From: a virus
Lineage: Duplodnaviria > Caudoviricetes
Virus record (IMG/VR): IMGVR_UViG_3300010429_000303
Location: 1-64,000 of that record
Length of the DNA: 64,000 nt
Direction: 5' to 3' (one strand)
Below, piece after piece: positions 37,134 through 47,495 of this stretch. A program made the translations under genes and the position numbers. How positions within the stretch are numbered: position 1 is the stretch's first letter; each line of letters opens with the position of its first letter. Under the pieces are notes generated by a model. The model saw only the letters and a program-made list of their open reading frames with translations. It did no database searches and had not been told where the DNA came from.

Positions 37134-37718
37134 TTAAATGAGGATGGCAGTTCTATTGTCTTCCTGGACAAAATAGGTCTCTTTCCTTTGAGTTATTTGG
37201 TTAACGATTACAATAATCACATTGTTGAATTCGTAAAATTTATCAGTGAACTTGGTAATGATATAATTTTTGTTCTGTCTTAAAGTACTCAAACGAGTTT
37301 CTAACACTGTGTTACTGATTATCTGTTTAGGTTTTCTGAAGTATCTATATACAACATTAAGATTTATTTCAGTTTGTCCAGGTACTTCAATCAAAGTAGA
37401 GATATCCTCTTGAGTATTGAAATACAGTGCAGATTTGTAGTTAACTTCAAGGAGTTGCCGGTTATTTATGGTAAAGGTGTCAGTCACTAAGGCCTGTGCT
37501 GAAGAGGCTAAAGAAAATACAGTTCGTCCTAGAAGAACTGACAAGTTCTGAAGTTCTGGTATGACGTCTATATACTCAACTCTTGACAAGGAGAAGTTAG
37601 GTCTATCTTTAAAATAATACTTAGAAGAGAATGTGTTGTTAAGCAACAACGTATGAATAAGATAATCTGTCTGATTCTGAATTACTGGAACAAAACATTC
37701 TACCTGTTCACGAATCAT
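37134..37718 (-). CDS. Hypothetical protein in tail cluster
   Basis: 194-aa ORF, GGAGG RBS. Confidence 0.75.
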   Translation of the reverse strand: MIREQVECFVPVIQNQTDYLIHTLLLNNTFSSKYYFKDRPNFSLSRVEYIDVIPELQNLSVLLGRTVFSLASSAQALVTDTFTINNRQLLEVNYKSALYFNTQEDISTLIEVPGQTEINLNVVYRYFRKPKQIISNTVLETRLSTLRQNKNYIITKFTDKFYEFNNVIIVIVNQITQRKETYFVQEDNRTAILI

Positions 37719-37730
37719 ATCTGCCCCTCC

Positions 37731-38342
37731 TTAGGTGGCGATAGGGATAGGGGAAGTTTCTTTGACTACAGAAGAACAGGTAAACGATGAGAATGAAAAG
37801 GTAGCATCTATAATAATAGGAGTATTGGTAGGCTGATAGTCATAGTTGAATGAAGAAACTTGAATGGGAAAGCACTCAGAGAGACGAATCTCATATCTCG
37901 GATTGTGTTTTTGGTCTAGTTGAGTTAGAACCATCTCAGTGGAATAATCACACTGAAACATCACAGTTCTTTCTTTGTGGTGAAGAATAAACTCCAACCA
38001 AAGATCGAAAAGATACTTCTCATACATATCTGAATGACAGATAAAGCCTAGTTGAATAGGAGGTCTTACTTCTCCAGCAATAACTACCCTCGATTCATGA
38101 GCAGAACTTTGAACATCTGAAGCTTCCAACCTTCGTTCTGGACTTGAAATTCTTGCACAGTTGAAATTTATGACTCTCTGTCTTTCTTCAGTTAATTTTC
38201 GATCAACAACCTTGATATACTTGGATAGTTTATCAGGGAGTGCAAATGTCACGGTATACTTATTGGGTCTAGCATAAGAATATTGTTTTATTCTACTTAG
38301 GATCTCAGTAGAGACTAATCTTTCTTTAGGTACTGTGTTCAT
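37731..38342 (-). CDS. Tail-tube-fold baseplate protein (gp54/gp19-like)
   Basis: ARPNKYTV, FDLW, QLD, ECFPIQVS, ATFSF. Confidence 0.75.
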   Translation of the reverse strand: MNTVPKERLVSTEILSRIKQYSYARPNKYTVTFALPDKLSKYIKVVDRKLTEERQRVINFNCARISSPERRLEASDVQSSAHESRVVIAGEVRPPIQLGFICHSDMYEKYLFDLWLEFILHHKERTVMFQCDYSTEMVLTQLDQKHNPRYEIRLSECFPIQVSSFNYDYQPTNTPIIIDATFSFSSFTCSSVVKETSPIPIAT

Positions 38343-38866
38343 GATCTACCTGAAACTAAGGGTTTAATGAATCGAGCAACAGAGTTTCCATAAGGACTGG
38401 TTTTCTCGTAGAGGAGTTTCTGTTTGGGTATAGTCGTAGAGGGCACTGGAACAGCCACTCCTAGTTTTCGTAGATCGTACTCATCAAATACTAAAAAGAT
38501 CATACCATGTTCCTTAGCAAAGGTGTCAGCAAACTGCCACTTAGTCTGGTTCTGAATAAACCTAAGTTGCTGGGATTTAGACACTCTAGGTCCTTCTTTG
38601 ATTACTCGTTGACTAAAAGGCTTTATCTCCAAGATAAACTTATCCCCAGTGGTAAATTCCACAAAGAAATCTGGAAAGTATCTATGCCACTTTCTATCAG
38701 TAGAAAGGAAGTAATGGATGATTACCTCTTCAGAGGCCCACTGTTTTATCCTAGGAGATTCTTCCAAAAACCTCATAAACTTCTTTTCCCAGGAAGATCT
38801 GTAGTATATCCTAGAAGGGTCTCCTAGATATTTACCTGGGTTTAATGGGCGATAAAGATGTTCCAT
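38339..38866 (-). CDS. 4: Head completion nuclease gp4
   Basis: NPGKYLGD, YRSSWE, WASEE, HRYFPDF, EIKP, NQTKW. Confidence 0.92.
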   Translation of the reverse strand: MEHLYRPLNPGKYLGDPSRIYYRSSWEKKFMRFLEESPRIKQWASEEVIIHYFLSTDRKWHRYFPDFFVEFTTGDKFILEIKPFSQRVIKEGPRVSKSQQLRFIQNQTKWQFADTFAKEHGMIFLVFDEYDLRKLGVAVPVPSTTIPKQKLLYEKTSPYGNSVARFIKPLVSGRS

Positions 38867-38876
38867 GGACTCCTTC

Positions 38877-38925
38877 TCATTTCAACTATTTAGTGGTAGT
38901 TCTCACAACTAAATAGTTGAAATGA
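38877..38925. promoter_or_regulatory. Divergent late promoters forming an 18-bp inverted repeat
   Basis: TCATTTCAACTATTTAGT-N13-ACTAAATAGTTGAAATGA. Confidence 0.75.
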
Positions 38926-38944
38926 TCTAGCATGGAGATTCGGA

Positions 38945-40051
38945 GTGGAAGAAAAACCTAAACATAATCGTCAGGTTTACTATAAGGGAAGGAATGTAAA
39001 AGCTGAAGTTTCTAGGAATGCTGAGTCTAAGAATTCTTCCTCCTTAGACCCATCTGAATTGATTGCTGATTCAAATTCACCTAAAGCCTATTATTTTCCA
39101 AATAACTTATCCTCTTATGCCGCGGGGAATATCTTACGTTTTAGTATCTATAAGTATCAAGGGGGTGGATATAAGGCTGGCTTAGAACGTCCAGGGGGGG
39201 CTGATCTAATTGCCGATCTTCCTAAAAGTGATAAGATGGCAGATATCTATCTTCCAGAACCACCTAGTGGGGGAGTTAGCTATAAACCTAGTTGGCTAAC
39301 AGAATCCGGCGCTATGGATTTAAGTAGACTCACTACCACTGCCATGTCACTGCTACATGAAACCAATAATAAGAGTCTTACTGATGAAATGCAAGCGGCA
39401 TTTATTGGACAAGGGATGTCTGAAGTCCTTAGAACTATGGGAAAGGCTGCTAATGCAGGAGCAGGAAGTGATTTAGCAAAAATAGTCGAACAGGGAGTTC
39501 AAGCTGGGCTTGGTTATTATATGCAAGAATACAAGGAAGAAGCCTTTAGGGGAATCTCACCAAGAACGTTTGGTTATAACTTCAACCTCATTCCTACCTC
39601 ACCTACCGATCTTATACTTATTTCTAATATAATTCAATTATTTAAATGGTCAGCAGTTCCTGGGCTAGTAGAAATCCCAACCAAGGGGGATGGAACTGGA
39701 ACTTCTTATGCGACCATCAGTATGACCAATAAGTTATTCGCATCCCCAGAAATTATTCAAATTCGCCATATGACCAAGGTTAAGGGAACCAGTGGGACTG
39801 CTACTGATGAGAATGATTCCTTGGAGATCAATCCCTGGATTAACAGACATCTTCCCTCTGTTTTAACTGGAGTGACTGTACGATATGGAAGTGATCGTGC
39901 TCAAAATCTACTAACCTATGTTCAAGAAAGATCACCTGATCCTAACTCTATAGAGGAAGTCTCTTTAGGAGCTCCCTTAATGTATAATTTGGATTTAAGT
40001 TTTAAAGAGTTAACCGTTCTTACCAAAGCCGCAATCAACAATGGTTACTAG
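38945..40051 (+). CDS. 48: Baseplate tail-tube cap gp48
   Basis: YFP..L, IYLPEP, FRGISPRTFGYNFNLIP, LSFKEL..LTK..I..GY. Confidence 0.85.
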   Translation: MEEKPKHNRQVYYKGRNVKAEVSRNAESKNSSSLDPSELIADSNSPKAYYFPNNLSSYAAGNILRFSIYKYQGGGYKAGLERPGGADLIADLPKSDKMADIYLPEPPSGGVSYKPSWLTESGAMDLSRLTTTAMSLLHETNNKSLTDEMQAAFIGQGMSEVLRTMGKAANAGAGSDLAKIVEQGVQAGLGYYMQEYKEEAFRGISPRTFGYNFNLIPTSPTDLILISNIIQLFKWSAVPGLVEIPTKGDGTGTSYATISMTNKLFASPEIIQIRHMTKVKGTSGTATDENDSLEINPWINRHLPSVLTGVTVRYGSDRAQNLLTYVQERSPDPNSIEEVSLGAPLMYNLDLSFKELTVLTKAAINNGY

Positions 40052-40053
40052 TC

Positions 40054-40590
40054 ATGTTCTACTTTGAAAACTTCCCTACCTCAAATTTTGGTACCTCTAC
40101 TGAATATACCGATCTAAAGTTTAGAGTCTCAATCTTACCCAGAATCTTAGAGAGAGATGATTGGTTTGATGAGATAGAATTGGTAGTAGGCGATACCATC
40201 GAAACCTTAGCATATCGTCTTTATGGTTCCCCCTCCTACTCATGGGTGGTTTTACTCTCTTCCCCGAATCATCCTCTCTTTGCTAACTTTAAACAAGAAC
40301 GAGAAGTCTTAGATTATTGTAAACAAAAGTATACTAATCAACTCTATGATATCCACCACTATGAAGATGAGAATGGTAATACCTTAGATGATGTTGATAG
40401 ATACTATAAAGAACAAGTATCGTATAATCTAAAGAATTCTAGAGTTATTCCAGTAACCAATTATGATTATGAGTCTAGGAAGAACTATGATAGAAGACTC
40501 ATTAGAGTTCTGAAACCCACCTATCTATACCAGTTAATTCGTGAATTGGAAGAGTATGTAGACCAAGCTAAACAGGGATTTACTAGATGA
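40054..40590 (+). CDS. 53: Baseplate wedge gp53
   Basis: YFENFP, ETLAYRLYGSP.YSWVVLL, HHYE, NYDYE, RLIRVLKP. Confidence 0.9.
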   Translation: MFYFENFPTSNFGTSTEYTDLKFRVSILPRILERDDWFDEIELVVGDTIETLAYRLYGSPSYSWVVLLSSPNHPLFANFKQEREVLDYCKQKYTNQLYDIHHYEDENGNTLDDVDRYYKEQVSYNLKNSRVIPVTNYDYESRKNYDRRLIRVLKPTYLYQLIRELEEYVDQAKQGFTR

Positions 40591-42158
40591 GTGAAGCTAC
40601 CCATCAAGACTTATCTTTAGTAGGGGGTTATACTCTAGATAATCTAGAAATAAAAACTCATTCAGGAAACTCGATATTTCTTCCTGGACGGTTCGCTGAA
40701 ATCAATATCTATGAGTCTATGCTTTCCCCGGTTATATTCGGCGATATCTTGGTTACTGAAATTTATAATTTTGTCTCATTTGGCCCTATTTTAGGAGGTG
40801 AAGAACTTCTCTTTGACTGTTCAAATATTCCTTCAAATGGACGGCCTACCACCAAGAGAAATTCTGTTTTTGTCATCTATACCGTAGAAGAGAAAGTTTT
40901 TACTGATGATAAGAAGGCTTCTTACTTAATTAGGTTCTGTTCTAAAGAAGCTATCTATAATCAGCAGATTCGGATTTGTTCTACTATCTATAAAAAGACT
41001 CCTTCAAGTATTGCTACAGATGTGTACAACGCTTTCTGGGAAGAAGTTAATCGCGAGTGGAATAGAATATTTTCAATGTTATCTCCACGTGAACAAATGA
41101 GTGCAACAAACAAATATTTTAAGTTTATCAGAACAGGTCATGTTGATAATGAAGAACCTATCTCAGTACACTTTCCTAATCTTCACCCTTTTGAATGTCT
41201 TTACACTCTAGCAGGAAGGGCATATCTTAAACCAGGAACAAAGTATGATCATGGAAACCCATTTTTCTTCTTTGAACAATTCGATGGTGGATTTTCTTTT
41301 ATGTCTTGGTCTGAGTTGTTGGAAACCTTTAACTATTCAAAAGATCTACCAGAATTTGGAATCCGAAAAGACCTGACTATGGAGTTAGCTAAAGAGGGTG
41401 ATACTAAAAGAAACAAACATATCTTTATGTCCTTACCTTCTATATGGGGAAGTGAAGATAAGAATGAACCAGGCGATCCTTCCTGGTTCAGAAAGCATGA
41501 AAACTTCGTTACAGTAGAACGACATAAATTCCAGAAAGACTTTGATTTCTTTGAAAATGTTAAGAGAGGAATGTATGCGTCTACTTTAGTCAGTTATGAT
41601 AATTGTTCTAAAAAGATAGTTCAGCATTCTTGGTCAAATAAACATCTCTATGATAAAGTGAGAAGGGTATATTTGGATAAAGAGAGTGCCTTAAATGTTT
41701 TTAATGATAAAGATGAGCCTATTGATCCCGAAGGAACAAAACCAGGCAAACGGAAGTCTGAGTATTTCTCCCAGATAAAATATGACGCCTATCTTAAAGC
41801 ATCACCTACTCATGATAAGTTATTGGTAAGTGGGAATGACTTCTGTCCTGAACTAACCAAGAATCAATATGCCATGAAACTCCAGGAACTTAACAATAAT
41901 ACTCTCTACGTCAACATCCCTGGGAACTTAAACTTTACCGTAGGAACCTTTACTGATGTCTTTATGCACTCTCATGAAATGGTCGCAGAAGGAGGCATCA
42001 AACGTGATCCTCATTTTGCAGGTACCTATGTGAATATTAGAGTCAGGCATACCTTTAAGAGTGATGGTATTTTCATCACTGCGCTGGAACTGGCTAAAGA
42101 TTCATTCATTGATAAGACTCTTCAAACCTTCCCTAAACCTAACACAGAGGGGACTTAG
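40587..42158 (+). CDS. Baseplate hub protein (gp27-like)
   Basis: INIYESM, GGEEL, FFFFE, IPGN..FTVG, GTY..IRVRH, ELAKDS; between gp53 and gp5. Confidence 0.75.
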   Translation: MSEATHQDLSLVGGYTLDNLEIKTHSGNSIFLPGRFAEINIYESMLSPVIFGDILVTEIYNFVSFGPILGGEELLFDCSNIPSNGRPTTKRNSVFVIYTVEEKVFTDDKKASYLIRFCSKEAIYNQQIRICSTIYKKTPSSIATDVYNAFWEEVNREWNRIFSMLSPREQMSATNKYFKFIRTGHVDNEEPISVHFPNLHPFECLYTLAGRAYLKPGTKYDHGNPFFFFEQFDGGFSFMSWSELLETFNYSKDLPEFGIRKDLTMELAKEGDTKRNKHIFMSLPSIWGSEDKNEPGDPSWFRKHENFVTVERHKFQKDFDFFENVKRGMYASTLVSYDNCSKKIVQHSWSNKHLYDKVRRVYLDKESALNVFNDKDEPIDPEGTKPGKRKSEYFSQIKYDAYLKASPTHDKLLVSGNDFCPELTKNQYAMKLQELNNNTLYVNIPGNLNFTVGTFTDVFMHSHEMVAEGGIKRDPHFAGTYVNIRVRHTFKSDGIFITALELAKDSFIDKTLQTFPKPNTEGT

Positions 42159-44222
42159 ATGATAGGTCCTGATAATCAGATTTTAGATGTTCAACCTACC
42201 TTCTTCATGGGCGTCTGTGAAGCCAGAAATGATCCATTAAAACTAGGACGGGTAAAGGTTAGAATTTTTGGTCTGCATACTGATGATCTTGATATCCTTT
42301 CGGCAGACGATCTTCCTTGGGCTTCATGTCTTATTCCTACCACCGAGGCAGGACCTGCTGGACTAGGAACTACCAGATCGGGTATTCCCCCTGGAACCTG
42401 GGTATTTGGTCTATTCTTAGATGGGGAAGAAAAACAACAACCTCTTATCTTAGGTTCTATTCAAGGTCTTTCAAAGAAGATGGAGAAGTCCCCGGACAAC
42501 TATCTGGAAGGGGAGAAAAGAAGAACTGAAAAACCACTAGAAAATGAAGATTTAAAATTTAAAGAGGATATAGAGTTAGGGGTTGATATTTCTAGGGGGT
42601 TCACTGATCCCCATGAAGAGAAGCTTTCTGGTAATCCCAAGTATTCTTATGCAGTTAATGAAGAACCTGAATCTCATAAGTTAGCTAGATCTACAAATAC
42701 CGAATATACCTTTGAAGAGAGAAAGAGACTAGATCGTACCTTTAACATTCATAAAGCTATAGACAGAAGCGAAGAACCTCCTTCCGAAGTTGCCTGGGAT
42801 GAAGAGGCATCTCCCAGGGCTACTGAATATCCCTATCTACATATTCATGAATCAGAATCAGGGATTGTAGATGAGGTAGACGATACTCCTTACCACGAAA
42901 GAGTTCAGACATATCTTTCCCCTTCGTTAAGTTATGATGAAGTAGGACATCACCACTATACCAAGACCTTAGGAAACCGAATAAATATTCAGCATTCCCC
43001 AAATCATAAAAGTTATATCTTGGGGAACTCAGATTCCTATATTGGCATAGACGTTACTGATCTTATCGGGGGAAATGAGGTCCGAGAAGTCTATGGTACT
43101 TCTTCTAAGATAGTCTATGGTAACTTCAAACTTTCATGTCTTGGTAATGAGTCTGCCCAGTTATTTGGTTCCAACTTAGAAACTACCGTAGGAAATGACT
43201 ACCACCTAAATGTTATCAATGAATTTAAGATTGAAGTAGGGTCAAATTCTAGAATTGTCTATAGGGGAACCTTAGATGAAATTCACTGGATGCGAGATAG
43301 AGTCTGGAATGAAGGTAATGTCCATAGACTCAGGAAGAGAGACCTCTACGAAAAGATCAATCAGAAAGCCCACTACATTATCAATGATGGTCGATACACC
43401 TTAATTTCCTTAGGCGATGAACATCTAACTATAGCTAAGGATTATAAGCTTCATGTCGGGGCAGATAGCAAAACTAAAGGTGAGCTTCATGAGATTGTCA
43501 AAGGTAAGAAGAAAGTTCATATCTTTGAAGATGTCAACTCTGTCTACGAACAAAATGAGTTCAAGCAGGTTATAAAAGATATGGATCTATCTGTAGGGGG
43601 ATCGGTATCAGATGTAGTCTTGGAAAACCGGCAGAGTAAGGTAGTTAAAGATAAGATTCTTCAAGTCAAAGAGTGGTTCTATAAGAAAATTTCAAATGCT
43701 TTGAATCATGTTGGTGTGTGGTGGATGAATGTGCAAGAACTGAAACAAGTTATTGTGAAAAATGACTCCTATATAAAAGCTAAACGAAGTCTAACCGAGA
43801 ATAGAGCTGACCACACTAAAGCAGATCATTCATTAAAAGTAGACGGAAACTATCATGTCAAAGTAGGGGGAAATCTAGTATTTGATGTAGGGGGAAGAGT
43901 TCTTATTAAAGCAGGGGCAGATTTTGTTGTTGGTGCACAGTCAGAGTCAATTATTGGATGTGGAGGGAAACTCCATGTAGGGGGTACTGCATGTATTATT
44001 TACGACCCCCCTGCAGATGAATATCATGTTGATGTTCCACATGCGACTACGGTAAAGTCTGCTATTCAAATTCCACAAATCACTGCTAACATTATCGATC
44101 TTTCCTCCTTAGCCTCATTAACTCCCCCAGAATGTCCTGATTTTGAAATAATTCAACCTGATTATCCGAAAGAAGCTGAGATGCCTACTAAACCTACACT
44201 GTCTGAGGAGGAATATGTATGA
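42159..44222 (+). CDS. 5: Baseplate central spike gp5 (OB fold and beta-helix, no lysozyme domain)
   Basis: GVCEARNDPLKLGRVKVRIFGLH, LPWA, GTWVFGLFLDG..QQP.ILG, YPY.H..ESESG..E.DDTP. Confidence 0.92.
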   Translation: MIGPDNQILDVQPTFFMGVCEARNDPLKLGRVKVRIFGLHTDDLDILSADDLPWASCLIPTTEAGPAGLGTTRSGIPPGTWVFGLFLDGEEKQQPLILGSIQGLSKKMEKSPDNYLEGEKRRTEKPLENEDLKFKEDIELGVDISRGFTDPHEEKLSGNPKYSYAVNEEPESHKLARSTNTEYTFEERKRLDRTFNIHKAIDRSEEPPSEVAWDEEASPRATEYPYLHIHESESGIVDEVDDTPYHERVQTYLSPSLSYDEVGHHHYTKTLGNRINIQHSPNHKSYILGNSDSYIGIDVTDLIGGNEVREVYGTSSKIVYGNFKLSCLGNESAQLFGSNLETTVGNDYHLNVINEFKIEVGSNSRIVYRGTLDEIHWMRDRVWNEGNVHRLRKRDLYEKINQKAHYIINDGRYTLISLGDEHLTIAKDYKLHVGADSKTKGELHEIVKGKKKVHIFEDVNSVYEQNEFKQVIKDMDLSVGGSVSDVVLENRQSKVVKDKILQVKEWFYKKISNALNHVGVWWMNVQELKQVIVKNDSYIKAKRSLTENRADHTKADHSLKVDGNYHVKVGGNLVFDVGGRVLIKAGADFVVGAQSESIIGCGGKLHVGGTACIIYDPPADEYHVDVPHATTVKSAIQIPQITANIIDLSSLASLTPPECPDFEIIQPDYPKEAEMPTKPTLSEEEYV

Positions 44223-45511
44223 GTGGATTGACTCCTTTTCCCTACTACAACGATCTACATGATACCCGGTTTGCTGGGTTAGGTCTAACCGAAGATGACT
44301 TTAAACTAGACTCAGCCTTTAAAGTCAAGAAGATAAAACCTATAGATAAACCCAGAAAGGGCAGTCCTCCCACCTATGATATTCCCCTACATAGGTTTAA
44401 CTTTCTCAATAAAAAGCTTAGGGAGTTTCCAGTAAAAGAGGAAAATATCAAACTGATAGATTTCAATGATGGGTTTGGTGAAGTATATGCCTACCGGTGG
44501 AAGAACGATCCCGGTCAGGGTATGGTTGGTTTTATGATGAAGTTTGATAATGATAAAAATATAGATATTACCAGTGGATCACGGGTAGGAACAGGATGTC
44601 AGTTGTTCAGTAAAAACGGAACTATATCTATAACAAAATCAACTCTAAAAAACTGTACAATTTTTGCAACAGGGGATGTCAAGATAGACAAGTGTGATCT
44701 GGAAAATTGTTATATCTTTGGAAAAGGTGATATTAGCAAAGTAAACTGTAAAGCAAGGATAAAACTTATCGGGTCGTTTTCAGTCAATGAATGTTCAATT
44801 TCTGAAAATGCACCGTTCCTGATTTATAACCCAGATGAACTTAACCAAAGTCCCACTACTCTCAATAAAACTTCGTTAAGCTCCCCATGTGAACTTATTG
44901 GTGGAGTATCATTAGATCTTTGTACAATAACCGGACCAGTCAGAATCCAAGGAAAATCTACGTTTAAACAAACCCAATTTTCTGGAAATGTCCAAGTAAA
45001 CTCCATAGACGTTTCTTGTACCCAGTCACAATTATCTGATAACTGTGTTCTCTCTCAGAGTTGTACCTTAAACCAATCTACGGTTTCAGGAACTGCATTG
45101 ATTGGAGGAAAGGCGACTGTTTCAAATGCAACCGTCTCTGGTACCGCAATCATTGTAGGGTCTGCTACACTGTCAAACGGCTCTGCTTCCGGGGGAATTC
45201 TAACTCAATCTGGAACACTTTCTGGGGGATCTATAAGTGACCATGGACTGATAACCGGCACGTCAACAGTTAGTGGTTCCGTCAGTGAGGATGGAATTGT
45301 CGGGGGAAGTGGTACTCAATGTTCGAGTGGAGTTATGGGATTAGTTGCCAATGGTGTTAGCTGTTCTCATGGGGTAGCAGCAGGGCAATCTCATTGGGAT
45401 AAACGGTCTTGTGAGGAGACTCAGAAGAACAAGCTAGAAGATGAACGTAGAGACAACACCTCTCCTGGACAATCTGATGCAGATCAATCTGCAGAACCTA
45501 CAACGGTTTAA
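44219..45511 (+). CDS. Cys/Ser/Thr/Gly-rich beta-helix protein
   Basis: Short periodic repeats (TVSGTALIGGKATVSNATVSGTAII); ATGA overlap with gp5. Confidence 0.7.
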   Translation: MSGLTPFPYYNDLHDTRFAGLGLTEDDFKLDSAFKVKKIKPIDKPRKGSPPTYDIPLHRFNFLNKKLREFPVKEENIKLIDFNDGFGEVYAYRWKNDPGQGMVGFMMKFDNDKNIDITSGSRVGTGCQLFSKNGTISITKSTLKNCTIFATGDVKIDKCDLENCYIFGKGDISKVNCKARIKLIGSFSVNECSISENAPFLIYNPDELNQSPTTLNKTSLSSPCELIGGVSLDLCTITGPVRIQGKSTFKQTQFSGNVQVNSIDVSCTQSQLSDNCVLSQSCTLNQSTVSGTALIGGKATVSNATVSGTAIIVGSATLSNGSASGGILTQSGTLSGGSISDHGLITGTSTVSGSVSEDGIVGGSGTQCSSGVMGLVANGVSCSHGVAAGQSHWDKRSCEETQKNKLEDERRDNTSPGQSDADQSAEPTTV

Positions 45512-45617
45512 GGACTCCTATGATCATTGATGAAATCAATGATCTATTCCCATTTTAGAACTGTGATGAGTCCACAACAGACCAAGAAGCCCCCTATCCT
45601 AACCTAGGAGAAGCCCC

Positions 45618-46589
45618 GTGATCATTGACCGGTTAAATCTTTCCTTTGATATTTCTTTAACTCCAAATGAGGAAGTACTTTCTGGGTTTACCATGAGAGT
45701 TCTGCCTATGGTTATTCCATATGATGGAGTAATCAAGGCATTCTATAAGGTAGGGGATATTGAAGTAGAACTCACAGAAGATACCTGGGATCTGGTAACT
45801 GCTGATGGAGGGTATGACTTAGTTCTAAATGGATCTGCTTTTCCTAACTCAGGTCAGATCATCTTAAGAATATACAGAGAAAATGACTATGGTTTCTATG
45901 GTGATTCAACCTATGAAGATGAAGACTATATCCAAATTCTTGGAGGTGATGGATTGCCACCAGAGTTTACCGACATTTCGTGTTCTTATGAACTCGATGG
46001 AGAATATATCCCTATAGATAAAGATAAGGTAACCCATAGTTTTTGTACCTACAATGAAGATCTGGGTCGGTATACCTTTAACTCCTTAGCCTTTCATCCT
46101 GGGATTGTTCCTGATCCTGAAGAGTATTATAATCTAAAGATTAATACCACCTGGGAATATCCTATAGAGTTTACCATTAACAACGATTCTACGGTGTCAT
46201 ACTCTCAGGAAGCTAGGGGAAACGTTTTTAACACAATTTGGGATCCTGTTGAACTAGGAGAGGTGATTGAAGCAGACTTTTCTTTGGAATATCTTTATGG
46301 GGAAGGAGATGTGGTCACTTCTAACTCGTTTGCCTATTACGATTTTGATATTGGTGTTTTTACTGTATTGGCAGAAGGATCTTATACCTTAACCAACTAC
46401 GATGAAACATTCCAGGTTACCTATGAATCGTTATTTTCACACCCTAATTCCTCTTCGGCAATCCCAACTCAAATAATCAGTCAACGAACTGGACCGGCAT
46501 CCTCTGTGGTCGTTTCTGGTTATCCCTCATTCACTTTAATCTCAGACATGCAATGGGGTTATGGAGAGTACTATTATGGAGACACCTAA
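45618..46589 (+). CDS. Acidic beta-rich hypothetical (probably structural) protein
   Basis: 323 aa, AGGAG RBS. Confidence 0.7.
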   Translation: MIIDRLNLSFDISLTPNEEVLSGFTMRVLPMVIPYDGVIKAFYKVGDIEVELTEDTWDLVTADGGYDLVLNGSAFPNSGQIILRIYRENDYGFYGDSTYEDEDYIQILGGDGLPPEFTDISCSYELDGEYIPIDKDKVTHSFCTYNEDLGRYTFNSLAFHPGIVPDPEEYYNLKINTTWEYPIEFTINNDSTVSYSQEARGNVFNTIWDPVELGEVIEADFSLEYLYGEGDVVTSNSFAYYDFDIGVFTVLAEGSYTLTNYDETFQVTYESLFSHPNSSSAIPTQIISQRTGPASSVVVSGYPSFTLISDMQWGYGEYYYGDT

Positions 46590-47481
46590 GGTTTCGGTAG
46601 TGACTATAGCCCATAATCGAGCACACCTAATTGGCCATACGATAGAAAGTGTTAGATCTCAGACACTAGACGATTTTGAATACATTCTGATTGATGATGC
46701 TTCTTCCGATGATACCTTAAAGATCATCGAACGTCATGCAAGTCAAGATTCTCGAATCAGAGTGTTTAAGAATGAAACTATTCTGGGCCAGGCTATAGGG
46801 ATAAACCGATACCTTTCAGAAATAAAAGGGAGCTATGTTGCCATGCTAGATTCGGATGATATTTCTAGACCAGAACGGTTGGCAAAACAAGTTGAATTTT
46901 TGGAATCTAATCCAGACTATGGGGCAGTTGGTTGTACGTTTCAACTTATCGATCAGCAAGGTTCAGACATCCGGATTGTCAGATACCCTACTTCCCCTAT
47001 TTTAGCCAAATGGAATCTATTTTTTAGTTGTTCAATAATGAATTCTGCTTTGATGGTACGAACAGAGCTTCTTAACCAAGTCGGGGGGTATCGCGATTCA
47101 TTTAGATTTATCTGTGATTATGAACTGGTAACTAGACTGGCTGAGATTACTAAGATTAGAAGTTTGTTAGACACCTTAGTTGAGTATCGGATTCACCCAA
47201 ATCAAATGACCCATGTCTTTAACCCACAACAAATCTTTCAGGCTTCTTTATTACGGTGTCAACTAAATTCTAGATGGTTGGGGTTGATTCCTAAACTGCA
47301 TGAACATCGAGATTTCATTGCTGCATTAGGAGAAAAGAAGAACACTGACCGAACTCTTATCCCACACCATAAAAGTTGGTTAAAGAAGATGGAAACCTCG
47401 TTTATAGAACGGTTTAAGGTAGATGGGGATGATCTAGAATTATTAACCCAAGATGTTGCCAAAAAATTTGCAAGACTCTAA
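46576..47481 (+). CDS. Family 2 glycosyltransferase
   Basis: PKVSVV, ESVRSQT, IDDASSD, LDSDD, RLAKQV, DYEL, YRIH. Confidence 0.92.
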   Translation: METPKVSVVTIAHNRAHLIGHTIESVRSQTLDDFEYILIDDASSDDTLKIIERHASQDSRIRVFKNETILGQAIGINRYLSEIKGSYVAMLDSDDISRPERLAKQVEFLESNPDYGAVGCTFQLIDQQGSDIRIVRYPTSPILAKWNLFFSCSIMNSALMVRTELLNQVGGYRDSFRFICDYELVTRLAEITKIRSLLDTLVEYRIHPNQMTHVFNPQQIFQASLLRCQLNSRWLGLIPKLHEHRDFIAALGEKKNTDRTLIPHHKSWLKKMETSFIERFKVDGDDLELLTQDVAKKFARL

Positions 47482-47495
47482 CTCAAGGAACTAAC

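Noticed and set aside
45520-45558. Short ORF MIIDEINDLFPF echoing the start of 45618 (MIIDR)
   Set aside because: Only 12 codons; may be a duplication remnant but cannot be supported.
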